In this document: in pieces, positions 41,256 to 64,000 of the stretch
Layout of the letters: the number at the start of each line of letters is the position of its first letter
Position numbering within the stretch: position 1 is the first letter of the stretch
Assembly: GCF_009914755.1 (NCBI RefSeq)
Contig: NC_060925.1
Source: the human T2T-CHM13v2.0 reference genome, Homo sapiens
Direction: 5' to 3' (one strand)
DNA length: 64,000 bases
The notes under the pieces: generated by a model
Databases searched by the model: none
What the model saw: only the letters and a program-made list of their open reading frames with translations
What the model was told of the DNA's origin: nothing
Position numbers and translations under genes: made by a program

Positions 41256-41607
41256 TAATTGTCGTTTGTTTAATTGTGTGCCTGTTGCTCCCACTACTTT
41301 GTTATTACTTGAGAAGCGGGGCCCTATTCGGTTTGTCTTTAACCAAGCACTGAGCTTGATGCAGTCAGTGTTTACTGAACGAATGAATGAGGGAACGAAT
41401 GAATGAGGCTACCGTCTGGATCGGCGGTCCTTGGACGTTTTTCTCTTGTGCCCCCTAAAATAATTTTTTATATTTATTTTATTATTTCATTTTTTTTTGA
41501 GACAGGGTCTCACTCTGTCACCCAGACCGAAGTGCAGTGGTGCAATCTCAGCTCCCTATAGTCTCGACTTCCCAGGCTCAAGTGATCCTTCCACCTCAGT
41601 CTCCTAA

Positions 41608-41793
<186 letters not shown>

Positions 41794-41814
41794 TAAAACT
41801 TTGCACCCCCTCTT

Positions 41815-42255
41815 TGTGAGGATTCTAACAGGAAACAAATGGCACAATCAAGACAATTCAAGGAGGTTATATACACAAAACGACTAATTTGGATGTGTGA
41901 TCAGGGTATAGGGAAATCACAGGGGATCGGGCAGGAAGCTGGGACTGGTAGCAGCCAGGCTGTTACCACCCCAGGCCTGAAGAGGCAAATCCTCTGTCTT
42001 AAAAGGAGCACTACTAACTTTCTGTCCAGGGACAGGACCAGCTTCACTGGGCCTCACAGGACAGGAACCAGAGGGATACATCCTGGCCTCACTCCTTTCC
42101 CTCTCTCAGACTTCCTGCCAGGACTCCCTAGTGGCCAAACCAAAGTAGAACCCAAGACCAGCGGGCACAGGAGCCACTGATATCCTCCATCCAAGTCAGC
42201 CAACCAGGGGAGAGGCAGGGTGGAGGACAGAGCCTGGATCTGCAGGGATACAACT
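41815..42255. mobile_element. Old ERVL LTR fragment (LTR41/LTR33-like)
   Basis: AACAGGAAACAAATGGCACA...AGGGAAATCACAGGGGAT...GGCCAAACCAAAGTAGAACCC resembles recalled LTR41-type consensus. Confidence 0.45.
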
Positions 42256-42320
42256 AAACTCTTCACCTTAAACGCAAATCATTGCCAAGGCTATACCTCC
42301 TAGCATATTGGAAATATTAA

Positions 42321-42665
<345 letters not shown>

Positions 42666-43768
42666 TAAATAAAACTGTTCTATCACTCGACTCAATGTAA
42701 GTACCATGGTGATTTGATATCCACTATTACCCATTTAAAGAAATTACTGGGCCAGGTGCGGTGGCTCATGCCTCTAATCCCAGCAGTTTGGGAAGCCGAG
42801 GCAGGCGGATCACCTGAGGTCAGGAGTTCGAGACCAGCCTGGCCAATATGGTGAAATCCTGTCTCTTCTAAAAATACAAAAATTAGCCATGCCTGGTGGC
42901 AGGTGCCTGTAGTCCCAGCTACTCAGGAGGCTGAGACAGGAGAATCACTTGAACCCGGGAGGCGGAGGTTGCAGTGAGCCAAGATTTTGCCACTGAACTC
43001 CTGCCTCGGCGACAGAGCAAGACTCTGTCTGGGGGGAAAACAAAGAAAAGAAAATACTGAACAAGCTCTACTTTAAAAAACAGAAAGCTACATCATTACT
43101 TTTCTTCTTGAATGTATGGTTATATTTTGCTTCCTCTTACAGAATGGTATTCTAGAGTAATATATTTTATGCTTGAAAGCTTGTTATTTGGCTGGGCACA
43201 GTGGCTCATGCCTGTAATCCCAGCACTTTGGGAAGCCAAAGTGAGTGGATTCCCTGAGGTCAGGAGTTCAAGACCAGCCTGGCCAATATGGCAAAACCCT
43301 GTCTCTACTGAAAATACAAAAACTAGCCAGGCACCATGGTGCACACCTGTAATCCTAGGTACTTGGGAGGCTGAGGCAGGAGAATCATTTGACCTAGGAG
43401 GCAGAGGTTGCAATGCGTCGAGATCGTGTGCCACTGTGCTCCAGCCTGGGCAACAGAGCCAGAAAAAAGAAAGCTTGTTATTGATCACCTAATTTATATT
43501 TTCACAGAAATTTATATAGTGTTAAATTACAATTTACAAATTTGGGGGTCAGGCGGTGGTGGCTCACTTTGGGAGGCCAAGGTGGGAGGATCGCTTGACC
43601 TTGAGGCCAGGAGTTTGAGACTATAGTGAGCTGTGACTGCATCACTGCACTCCAGCCTGGGTGACAGCAAGACCCCGTCTCTAAAAAATAAAAATAACAG
43701 GCCAGGTGCAGTGGCTCATGCCTATAATCCCAGGACTTTGGGAGGCCGAGGAGGATTGCTTGAGCTCA

Positions 43769-43988
<220 letters not shown>

Positions 43989-44354
43989 TTATGGCCAGGT
44001 GCAGTGGCTCATGCCTGTAATCCCAGCACGTTGGGAGGCCAACGTTGGTGGATCACCTGAGGTCAGGAGTTTGAGACCAGCCTGACCAACATGGAGAAAC
44101 CCTGTCTCTACTAAAAAATACAAAATTAGCCAGGTGTGGTGGCGCACACCTTTAGTCCCAGCTACTTGGGAGGCTGAGACAGGAGAATAGCTTGAACCCA
44201 GGAGATGGAGGTTGTTCAGCTTGTGCAGTGAGCCGAGATCATGCCATTGCACTCCAGCCTGGGCAACAAGAGCAAAATTCCATCTCAAAAAAAAAAAAAA
44301 AGAAGTAAAATTGTATTTATATATAAAATAAAAATAATAATAAATAATAAAATA

Positions 44355-46220
<1,866 letters not shown>

Positions 46221-47898
46221 TAGCCAGGATGGTCTCGATCTCCTGACCTCGTGATCTGCCCACCTTGGCCTCCCAAAATGCTGGGATTACAGGCGTGAGC
46301 CGCCGTGCCCGGCCTTTTTTTTTTTTTTTTTTTTAAGAAAAAAAAAAAGTCTTGCTCTGTCACCCACACTGGAGGGCAGTGGTGTGATCTTGGCTCACTG
46401 CAACCTCTGCCTCCCGGGTTCAAGCAGTTCTCTGCCTCAGCCTCCTGAGTAGCTGGGATTACAGGCACCTGCCACCACACCTGGCTAATTTTTGTATTTT
46501 TAGTAGAGATGGGGGTTTCACCATGTTGGCCAGGCTGGTCTTGAACTCCTGACCTCGTGATCCACCCGCCTCGGCCTCCCAAAGTGCTGGGATTACAGGC
46601 GTGAGCCACCGAGCCTGGCCAAGACCCTGTCTTTAAAAAGAAAAAAGAATGGAGGGAATTTTGTTACAATAATGTCTGTCACCCAGGCTGGAGTGTGGTG
46701 ACACAATCTTGGCTCACTGCAACCTCCACCTCCTAGGTTCAAGCAATTCTCATTCCTCAACCTCCCGAGTAGCTGGGACTACAGGTGCCACCATGCCCAG
46801 CTAATTTTGTATTTTAGTAGAGACAGGGTTTCACCATGTTGACCAGGCTGGTCTCGAACTCCTGACCTCAAGTGATTCATTCACCTCGGCCTCCCAAAGT
46901 GCTGGGATTACAGGTGGGAGCCACCATGTCTGGCTTTTTTTTTTTTTTTTTTTTTTTTTTGAGATGGAGTCTTCCTCTGTCACCCAGGCTGGAGTGTAGG
47001 GTCATGATCTCAGCTCACTGCAACCTCTGCCTCCTGGGTTCAAGCAATCCTCCCACCTCAGCCTCCTGAGTAGCTAGTTTACAGTTGTGTGGCACTATGT
47101 CTGGCTATGTTTTTCGTATTTTTAGTAGAGACTAGTTTTCACCATGTTGGCCAGGCTGGTCTCGAACTCCTGACCTCAAGCGATCCACCCGCTCGGCCTC
47201 CCAAAATACTGGGATTATAGGCGTGAGCCACCGTGCCTGACCATAGTAATGTCACTTAATTATTTGAATTCCTTCTGGGTTACAAGCCAAAAATGACACA
47301 GTGACCTATCACCCAAAGTTATTTTTAATGACAGCAGAATTAGAACTTCCTTTGCATTTGTTGAAAGCAAAGATCTGGCAACTGCCAGGTATGCAAAGCT
47401 CCTTGTTATTTGGTCGATAGAGCCCTTCACCTTTGATTGGTGCCCCTGGAGGTTTCCATTCCCTCTCCAGCCCCCAACCCCCAATGCTGTAGGGTAAAAT
47501 TCCTTTGCAAAGTGTGAGGAGGGAGGTGGGAAAGAAGCAGCACCTGGATGTCAGTGCCAATTCTCCTGAAGATGGATCATAGGAAAGAAAACCAATGGAG
47601 GTTGGGGACCTGGATGTCAATTTCCTAGAAACACAGGAAACTAATGGAAAAGTGAGACCTGGCCAGGCAGGGTGACTCACGCCTGTAATCCCAGGAATTT
47701 GGGAGGCCGAGGTAGGAGGATCCCTTGAGCCCAGGAGTTGGAGATCAGCCTGGGCAACATAGTGAGACCCCTGGGAGTAGGGGAGCTGAGGATCACTTGC
47801 ACCTGGGAGGTTGAGGCTGCAGTGAGCTAGGATCGTCCAACTGCACTCCAGCCTGGGCAATAAAGTGTGACCCTGACTTAAAAAAAAAGAGAAAGAGT

Positions 47899-48520
<622 letters not shown>

Positions 48521-48522
48521 TA

Positions 48523-48874
<352 letters not shown>

Positions 48875-49240
48875 TTACAATAGGGGGGAAAGGGTGCATT
48901 TGAGAAGGCACTCATCATCCCCTCCCATGCTGGCACAGGGTTCCTCTGGATGGCCACTTCTGTTTCTCACTCTGGGCTAGGAATTCTTGTTTTCCAGAGA
49001 GTTCCCAGTGCCAGGGCATGGGACCTGCTCAGGAAATGGTTGATTCACTGGCTGCATGAATGAATGAATGAATAGCATTTGAAGGACAGGTAGCACTTGA
49101 CTATAGGAAACAGGAGAATGAGTATTCCTGAGAAAATTAAAAATATACTTTAAAATTAAGAAATGAAGGCTGGGCATAGTGGCTCACGCCTGTAATCCCA
49201 GCACTTTGGGAGGCCAAGGCAAACGAATCACCTGAGGTCA

Positions 49241-49902
<662 letters not shown>

Positions 49903-49997
49903 TGAGGATGCAAAGGCATAAGAATGATATAATGGGTGAGGTGTGGTGGCTCACACCTGTAATCCCAGCACTTTGGGAGGCGGAGGAGAGCTGATCA

Positions 49998-50255
<258 letters not shown>

Positions 50256-50346
50256 CTAATTAACATTTTCATAGTTAAAGCTCTTAGTCTTGATTAAAGT
50301 AAAATAAGGAGTATTGTAGGCTGGGTGCGGTGGTTCACGTCTGTCA

Positions 50347-50772
<426 letters not shown>

Positions 50773-52412
50773 TCATTTGTCATGCTCCTAGAGTGAATTT
50801 CTTGATTGCACAAGACTTATGGTGATATTAGTGGACTTAAGGATATTCAATTGTGTATCAGGAATAAAATATTCATCATGGGTAACACTGTAGCCTCCAG
50901 GGTAGATTGAGTAGGAAAATTAAGAGTTGGTTGTTTATTTGCTTCTAATTGTCATTCATTTGCTGTTTATTGTCCTCTAGGCTTTGCTTGTGTATGCATG
51001 TATATAAAACCATTATTTTTTTTAAGTTTATAGTGGAAGGCTTTTATTTGGTTCTATCAATAGTTATTTTGTTTCCTATGCATTTCTAGCACGTCATCAT
51101 TTGTTCCATTTATCTGGAATTCCTAGGCTACCTTTACCAGGCCTGCAGGAATTAATGGAGCACACCAATTTTTTAACCTTAAACTAACTTTTTGGAGTTT
51201 AGGCTTCCTGATACTTTAAGTGTGTTAAGTATACTTTCATGATAGAATTTGAGTCATATTTCTCTCTCTGCCTAGTTTCTCCAAAATTTCTAAACTATTT
51301 GTGAATATTCTTAATTCATGGCAATGCATTTGTTTGCATACAGTCGAGCAGGGTTGCTAGGGCTGCTCAGAGAGAACCCAGAAACCTGACATGCCGGCAA
51401 AAGGGTAAGAATTTCTTATGTTACTCTGGCCTCTCTCTCTCTGTGCAAACTGGTTTAATGAAGGGTAAAAGTCACTGTTTATTGCCTCTGTAAAGTTTTG
51501 ATTATTACAAAAAAGAATTCTGAGGCTGTTCTTAAGCTGTAGTGAATCTTTTGTGCTTTGTGTGTTTTTCTGTATTGTTCTGTCATAAAGAGGGGTACCT
51601 TAGGATAAAATGCTTGCCTAGGACCCCATAGGTTTGCTCTTCAAGATGGCCCAGCAAACTGGTCAGTCATGTCCTTGAGAGATTGACCTTGTAACCACGT
51701 AGCCATGCTTTCTCTTTTCACAATAGCAGCCTGGGTTTAGGGTTCAATTCCTGACTTAGGGAATGAGTCCTTTATTTTCTGTCTGTCCGTGTATTTATAC
51801 GTCTTCTATATATACTATGAAAGAGATTTAATTAATTAGTTTAATAAGAGCTTAAATAAAATATTTGGTCAGAAAAGTAAAAGGTGTAATGCCTTTTATT
51901 TAGTTTATGTGACTTAAGTAATCTTTGGGAAATAAAGAAAGTTTTTTGTTTATTTGTTTGTTTGTTTTGTGAGATGGAGTCTTGCTCTGTCTCCCCGGCT
52001 AGAGTGTAGTGGCACAATCTGCAACCTCTGCTTCCCAGGTTCAAGCAATTTTCCTGCCTCAGCCTCCCAAGTAGCTGGGATTACAGGTGTGTGCCACCAT
52101 GCCTGGCTAATTTTTTTTTTTTTTTTTTTTTTAGTAGAGACTGGGTTTCACCATGTTGGCCAGGCCGGCCTCAAACTCCTGACCTCAGGTGATACACCCG
52201 CCTTGGCCTCCCAAAGTGCTGGGATTACAGGCATAAGCCACAGAGTCTGGCCAAAGAGAGTTTAAAGATTATTGGTAAAATAAAAATATCTTCAAATATG
52301 TGAACATTTGGTCTAAATTATGCAGGTCAGATATTAGGTTTGCTAAATGCTTTAAGGTCATAAACTGATTCTTTGATTTTCAAAAATGGTTTAATTTATT
52401 TTGGAACATTAG

Positions 52413-52750
<338 letters not shown>

Positions 52751-52959
52751 TAAGGCCTGGGGACATGTGAAATTAGCCATGCCCCCTAGCTATGCAAAGA
52801 AGGTTATAAAGAAAAGAGTTTTTATATAAGAAAGGATCTTTTATGGTAAATTCTTGTCCTAAAGTAAAATAACTGGTTGTTTAAAAAGAGGGATGTCGGC
52901 CAAGCACATGGCTCACGCCTGTAATCCCAGCACTTTGGGAGGCCAAGGCGGGTAGATCA

Positions 52960-53328
<369 letters not shown>

Positions 53329-53330
53329 GA

Positions 53331-53612
<282 letters not shown>

Positions 53613-54282
53613 TGAAAGAATTTATGAAAGAGAATTTATGCAAGAAATGTTGAATAATTAAAAAATGATTAGGCCTCGTAACTACTTCATAAGATGCCAC
53701 CATGACTCTTTAACTGTACAACTTGCCTGCCTTACAGGTAGCTAAGGCCTGGGACACGTGGCGTTAGATGCTGGAAAGAGTCAGACCTCATCTGCACTTC
53801 TGTCTGGGTCCTAGGCTCCACACCTAATACATAATTAAAATCCCTAACTTACCAAGGTTTTCACCAAAAGCAAAAGTCGCTAAGAGTTAACATTGTAACC
53901 TATAATTGAGACTACTGAAGAAACGGTTTTACATGCAAAGTATGTAAGAAAAGTGAAATGTCTTTTTGTAAAAGATTATAAGCCAGCGTGGTAATATGGA
54001 TTTTTTTGCCTAAAGAGTTAAAGGATTGTTTTAAGTTAGGATAAAGCTAAAGGTTTGAACAAGTTGTGAAAGGTTTGTAAAAAAATTAATTTTGTAAAAA
54101 ATTCTAGGCCGAGTGTGATGTCTCATGCTTGTAATCCTAGCACTTTGGGAGGCTGAGGCAGGTGGATCACCTGAGGTCTAGAGTTCGAGACCACACTGGC
54201 CAACAGGGTAAAACCTCATCTCTACTAAAAATACAAAAATTAGCTGGGCATGGTGGCATGCACCTGTAGTCCCAGCTACTCA

Positions 54283-54378
<96 letters not shown>

Positions 54379-54388
54379 CTAGGTCTCC

Positions 54389-54420
<32 letters not shown>

Positions 54421-54458
54421 GAGACTAGCCTGGCCAACATGGTGAAACCTCATCTCTA

Positions 54459-54647
<189 letters not shown>

Positions 54648-54821
54648 TTAAAGGTTTAAAACACTTAATATTATGAAATAGAATTCCAGGTTACCATAAG
54701 TCATTCATTTAGCCAAAATGATGACTAAAAAACTTTTGAAAGGCAAAAACCTTTACTCATTGATAGAGGGAAGACTTAGCTTTCTAAACAATCTGTCTCT
54801 TGTCTTTCCTTTTTTTTTTTT

Positions 54822-54915
54822 CCAGTAGTTTATTCAAAAGGCAAACAAAAATCTTTCATTATCATTTACCAGTAGTTTATTCAAAAGGCAAACAAAAATC
54901 TTTCATTATCATTTA
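54822..54915. repeat. Perfect 47-bp tandem duplication
   Basis: CCAGTAGTTTATTCAAAAGGCAAACAAAAATCTTTCATTATCATTTA twice. Confidence 0.95.
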
Positions 54916-57552
54916 AAATTACATGGAAATCTTGTTCAAGAGAGAAAGCCAAATTTCACCCTTGCATTACTGTACTATTAATGTCAACCCCAAACCCAAT
55001 TTTTAATAAAACCTTATAGACAAATCTTTCTAACCTTTTTTTGTGAGATGGAGTCTTTAACTTATTTAACTTCATTAACTCACCTTTAACTTATTTAGTA
55101 GGCTCCCAAAATCAAATTTCAGCTTCAAAATTGTCTTTTCTTTTCTTTTTCTTTTTTTTCTTTAAGAGGGAGTCTTACTCTGTTGCCCAGACTGGAGTGC
55201 AGTGATGCTATCTCGGCTCACTGCAACATCGGTCTTCCAATGATTCTTCTGCCTCAGCCTCCCGAGTAGCTGGGACTACAGGTGCACACCACCATGCCAA
55301 GCTAATTTTTTGTATTTTTAGTAGAGACAGGGTTTCACCATGTTGGCCAGGCTGGTCTTGAACTCCTAACCTCAGGTGATTTGCCCATCTTGACTTTCCA
55401 AAGTGCTGGGATTACAAAATGTTCTTTTCTGACCTCTAACTTTGAGATACTATAGAGGGCTCCTGAAGCGTTCAAAAGAGAGGTAAACAGGATTATTTGA
55501 TATGTTTAGTTACCTGGGAAGCACTGTCAAAATAAAAAAATGTTTAATCGTCTTCACATTATATTTTGGTAAATATTAATGTATGTTAGAAAATTGTATG
55601 GGATTTCTAAAATTCTAAATGTCTGAGTATATGCTATCAACCATAATTATGTTTATTATGTTGAGTTACTGTAGACCACAGAAATAAGCAAATTTCCTTG
55701 TATAAAACTGCTAACCCAAGTAGAACAAAAATTAATTGAATACCAAGAAAATACATTCCCAGATTTGCATGCTAAATCAGCTGATACTGAAATTGTTTAG
55801 ATATACAATTTGAATAAACTCCATGGTCTAAGTCAAATTACCTGTGATAACCCATTAGTTATCAGTGCTATGCACCTAAATTGGAGAAACAACTGATATT
55901 CAAAAGGACATAAGTCCAATGTTAAGCATGGACTCATGGAGAACCAGGACAGTCACCTGTCCTTCTTGAGTCCTTAAAGCTTTTGTTAGTAAAGATTATG
56001 CGTTCCATGACTCATCATGGAAAAGATAAAATGATCCAAATTAAATATATATTGGTGTGCTGACTTATACATTGCTAACGCAGTTTATAGCCAATGTTTG
56101 GTTTGTCAAATTCATATTCTTGGGAAGACAATCAAAGCTTCAGGTCACCCGACTTGGCCTCCCAAAGTGTTAGGATTACAGGCGTGAGCCACTGCACCTG
56201 GCCCCAAAGCTTCAGGTACATTTGGTTACCTGATGGGCCATTTAAACATTTCAATTGTCATCTTCAATGCCTGTTTTCTGGTTATATAATAGCTTTCCCA
56301 TGCAAGAAGGCTGATGTTATAACAGTAAATTATTATGCTACAGTGTATTTTCACCAGGTAAAGAAAGCTTTTTATAGTTCACTGACAGGACAATCAACCC
56401 CTTCACAATCTAGAACACAAAGACTGGATCTTCTAAGAACATCAGAGAAAGACTCTGCCATCCACACTACAGCAAAACTTTGGGACCTTGAACTTTGGAT
56501 TCATAATCTCACAACTCAGAAGGGTCCTTCCACATTCTCGGAACTGTACACCCATTGGAACCCTTAAGATAACGCTAACCAGGGAAGTTTCTCCCCAGAA
56601 GAAGATGACATTCTTGATGTGAACCGCTTTTCCCAAGATCATGGATCAAGACTTCTCTACCAGCCGGGAGTGGTGGCTCATGCCTGTAATCCCAGCACTT
56701 TGGGAGGCCAAGGCAGGAGGATCACGAGGTCAGGAGTTCAAGACCAGCCTGGCCAACATGGTGAAACCCTATCTCTACTAAAAATACAAAAAATTAGCCG
56801 AGTGTGGTGGTGCATGCCTGTAATCCCAGCTACTTGGGAAGCTGAGCAGAAGAATCGCTTCAACCCAGGAGGCAGAGGTTGCAGTGAGCCGAGATGATGC
56901 CATTGCACTCCAGCCTGGGCAAAAGGGCAAGACTCCGTCTCAAAAAATAAATTAATAAAAAAGACTTCTCTACCATCATGAGACTCAAGACTTCTCTACT
57001 ATCATGAGACTCATTGAATATTTTTTCCTTGCTTATGCCTCTGTGAACAATAGAAATGGAAAAGGGGTCTGGTGTGTGCACTTGTGCTGCATACTTTTAT
57101 TTATGAAGGGTTTTGCAGCCAGTCTTATAAATGGATAAGCTTATACTTTGACAGATAAAAGATGAAGGCCCAATGTAGGTGAGAAACTTTAATGATACAT
57201 ACATTGCCTCATAATCAGTCAGAAACAGAAAATTAGTTCACTCCTCTTCACCCACATAGTGGGCTAAAGAGAACTTTGTCAGGAGGTCTTCACTCTTCTG
57301 AAAGGGCATCATTTGATAGGTCCTTTTTCCATGGTTTGGAAATGCAATGATTAGACATATATCCCTCATGATAGGCTCTATAGCAGATTCTACTGCAAAG
57401 GCTATAGTTACATGATAGACTTTATTTATTTTATTTTATTTTTGAAACAGAGTATTACTCTGTCACCAAGGCTGGAGTGCAGTGGCACAATCTCGGCTCA
57501 CCATAACCTTCGCTTCCTGGGTTCAAGCGATTCTCCCGCCTCAGCCTCCTAA

Positions 57553-57738
<186 letters not shown>

Positions 57739-58083
57739 TAAATTCTCTTGTGAAAGTTAAAATTGGCTAACAAAGAAATATCTGTACAGCTGCTGGCACT
57801 TGTGGCCTATGGAAAAATACATCAAATGAAGATTATAGAGATTCAGTGGTAGAGGATTAGCGAAGAGATTTCTTAGTTAGGTGAGTAGACTCTTCAGCTC
57901 ATTCTTTGATCTATTTGATTTTAGGAGTTTTGGTTTATGGGGACCCTGGGTAAGGAGGATACTCCAAACCCTTGGTGTGCTGTATTCTCTCAAAGGTTTG
58001 AAATGTTTGCATGCAGCTATCTCTACAATGTCAAATGATCTGTCTTCAACTGGAATGACAAGAGCTGAAAGAAATCTGTGACC

Positions 58084-58402
<319 letters not shown>

Positions 58403-59038
58403 AATCTGTGACCATGAGGATACTGTAACCTATGAATGACGTGCTGAGACCAGAAACTCAAAATGATGGTAACTGACAGTAGCACTAAGGCCCTAAGTTT
58501 TGGTCACTCTCACCTAAGTGAGAACCTGACCAAAAAGGGGGAATTTTCAAAAACAAAATTATGAGAGGCCATTGTTTTGGATTGAGCTCATGCACTAGGC
58601 CCCAACAGACCAAACCAGACCAAAATGGAGTTGCTCTTGCTAAGACTTTAAGGTAACACGTAGATCCTAGAACAGACAACAGACCAGGTTTTGTTTTTCT
58701 CCTGCAGATCTCTATAACAAATATTCCTGACAGCATAGCTATCCACCCCATGAAGTTACCATTAACTCTTTTAACCAAATTCATTTCCTCTCACCTAGAG
58801 ACCATCAAGCTTCAGATGATCATGTGACAACTGTTCCAGCCAGTTCCAGGTGAAGACACCACCCCTGGCCTTCAAAGAGCTACCCTGCCTCCACTAGACA
58901 GAGCAGGGTGAGAGTTCTGTGGTCCCCAATAGGAGGGAACTATGCCGCAAGCCAGCATAAAGCAGTTACAGAAAAAACACCATCAGTCCCTCTGCCTCCT
59001 ATAAAGATTTATGGGAATCACGTCTTTCAAGGGGGAAA

Positions 59039-61390
<2,352 letters not shown>

Positions 61391-61705
61391 TCACTGCAAG
61401 CTCTGCATCCCGGATTCATGCCATTCTCCTGCCTCAGCCTCTCAAGTAGCTGGGACTACAGGCGCTCACCACCACGCCCAGCTATTTTTTTTTATTTTTA
61501 GTAGAGATGGGGTTTCACTGTGTTAGCCAGGATGGTCTTGAGCTCCTGACCTCGTGATCTGCCCATGTCAGCCTCCCAAAGTGCTGGGATTAGAGGTGTG
61601 AGCCACCGCGCCTGGCCAACAAAACATACTTTTTAGTAATTAAAAGAAAATCACCTAATCCAAACTCCGCTACCACCACCCACCACCCTACACCCAAATC
61701 TACTC

Positions 61706-62290
61706 AGTGCTCAAATATATCTAACACAAGCCATGTATATAATTGAACACATTCTGGTAACTACCAAAAAAGTAAAAAAGAAAGAGGTGAAATTAATTTT
61801 AATAATATGTTTTATTTAACTCAGCAAATCTGAAATATTATCTTTCAACATGATATGATTATAAAAAATTGTTATGGAGATTTTTTTGGTATTAAACTGT
61901 CTTGCTGAGTGTGGTGGCTCACGCCTGTAATCCTAGTACTTTGGGAGGTCAAAGTGGGACAACTGTATGAGTCTGGGAGTTCGAGACCAGCCTGGGCAAG
62001 ATGGCAAGACTCTGTCTCTACAAAAAATACAAAAATTAGTTGGGCATGGTGGCACATGCCTATAATCCCAGCTACTAAGGAGGCTGAGGTGGGAGGACTG
62101 CTTGAGCTCAGGAGGTCAAGGCTGCAGTGAGCCATGATCGAGCCACTGCACTCCAGCCTGGGTGACAGAGCAAGAACCTGTCTCAAAAATAGTCATCATC
62201 ATAATAAATAATAAATTTTAAAAATCATCACCATGTAGACCATTTCATGTGCTCATTAGCCACATTGGGCTGGTGAATGAAGCACAGACT
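61706..62290 (+). mobile_element. MER33-like hAT-Charlie element interrupted by an Alu
   Basis: AAAAGTAAAAAAGAAAGAGGTGAAATTAATTTTAATAATATGTTTTATTTAAC ... CATTTCATGTGCTCATTAGCCACAT. Confidence 0.7.
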
Positions 62291-62350
62291 TACAGGGATC
62301 CTATTCCATCCTCAGACCACTCTGATAGGAAGTTTTCCACTAGATGGTAA

Positions 62351-62599
<249 letters not shown>

Positions 62600-64000
62600 T
62601 AATTTTTTTGTATTTTTTAATAGAGACAGGGTTTCACCATGTTAGCCAGGATGGTCTCAATGTCCTGACCTCGTGATCTGCCCGCCTCGGCCTCCCAAAG
62701 TGCTGGGATTACAGGCGTGAGCCACCACACCTGGCCTTTTTTTTTTTTTTTTTTAAGACAGAATCAGCCGGGCTGTTAATCCCAGCTACTCAGGAGGCTG
62801 AGGCAGGAGAATCGCTTGAACTCAGGAGGTGGAGGTGGCAGTGAGCCGAGACCGCAGCACCGCACTGCAGCCTGAGTGACAGAGCAAGACTCTGTCTCAA
62901 AAAAAAAAAAAAAAAAGAGAGAGACAGAGTCTCTCTATGTCACCCAGGCTGGTCTCAAACTTCTGGCCTCAAGGGATCCTCCCACCTCAGCCTCCCAGAG
63001 TGCTGAGATTTGAGATTACAGGGGTGAGCCGCTGCACCCAGCTCCCTTGACTATCTCTGCAACTTCTCTGTAAATCTAAAATGATTCCAAATAAAAAGTT
63101 TATTAAACACAGATATTATATATTGTGGGTATCATATTAGGAATCCTGGGGGGAAAGGCAATAATAAAAAAAAGATTCTGACTTGGCTCTGGTTGAATAA
63201 CAAAGAAGAAAACAATGAAAAAGAAAAAAAAAAAGAAAAGAGACCAAGCAGAGACCTCTGAGGCTGCATTTCAGGAAGCATGGGGAAGGGGTGGAGTAGA
63301 GTAGTAAACCAAATGAAATTGTAGGTTGGATCAGGGTTAAGTTTTTGGGACTTTATCCTGTGGCATGGGGAGTCATTGAAGGCTATTGAGCAAGGGTGTG
63401 GCCTGATTACATAGTGATTCAGCCAAGGTCACACAGTCCAGCTTCCCTCGATCCTTCCCTCCCCCTACCCACTGCCCCTCCCTTCCACGTGCTCTTCCAT
63501 CTTTGCCTCCAGAGGCCTAGCTCTGGCACGACTCTAAGTCACTAGCATAGAGATGATCACCTCCACTGCCCACACCTGCCCTAGCCTTGTTCAGGTGTCT
63601 TTAAAGACTCAACATTTTTTTGTTTGTTTGTTTGTTTTGAGAAGCAGTCTCTGTCGCGCAAGCTGCAGTGGCGCAATCTCGGCTCACTGTAATCCCCGCC
63701 TCCCAGATTCAAATGTTTCTCATGCCTCAGCCTCCAGAGTAGCTGGGATTACAGGTGCGTACCACCACACCCAGCTAGTAGAGACGGGGTTTCACTGTGT
63801 TGGCCAGGTCTCAAACTCCTGGCCTCCACCTGCCTCGGCCTCCCAAAGTGCTGGGATTACAGGTGTGAGCCACCACGCCTGACCCTCAACATTTATTTTT
63901 TATTCTCGCTCTGTTGCCCAGGCTGGAGTGCAGTGGCGCAATCACACCTCACTGCAACTTCAAACTCCTGTGCTCCAGTGATCCTTCTGCCTTGGTCTCT

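Overview
Human (primate) genomic DNA containing the 5' end of SLC9A1 (Na+/H+ exchanger NHE1) on the minus strand. Exon 1 spans about 26283..25141 (CDS 25492..25141, 352 nt, phase-1 GT donor). It has a TATA/Inr, CpG-rich promoter with a poly(dA:dT) tract, three short uORFs in the leader, and about 25 kb of intron 1 (1..25140). The upstream region (27-64 kb) is very Alu-rich. It holds an MLT1 LTR, L2 fragments, a near-full-length dead Hsmar1 mariner, a full-length RPL18A processed pseudogene, and a MER51-type (ERV1) provirus remnant. Nearly all other predicted ORFs are Alu-derived or chance ORFs. I found no new protein-coding system. The most unusual structures are two rearrangements. (1) A TSD-flanked solo LTR is fused to a provirus lacking its own 5' end, and both LTRs are followed by the same flank plus Alu. 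(2) A young AluYd8 has replaced the left arm of an older Alu, inside that Alu's original TSDs, 1.4 kb upstream of the SLC9A1 promoter. Family names come from recalled consensus sequences, not from a search.
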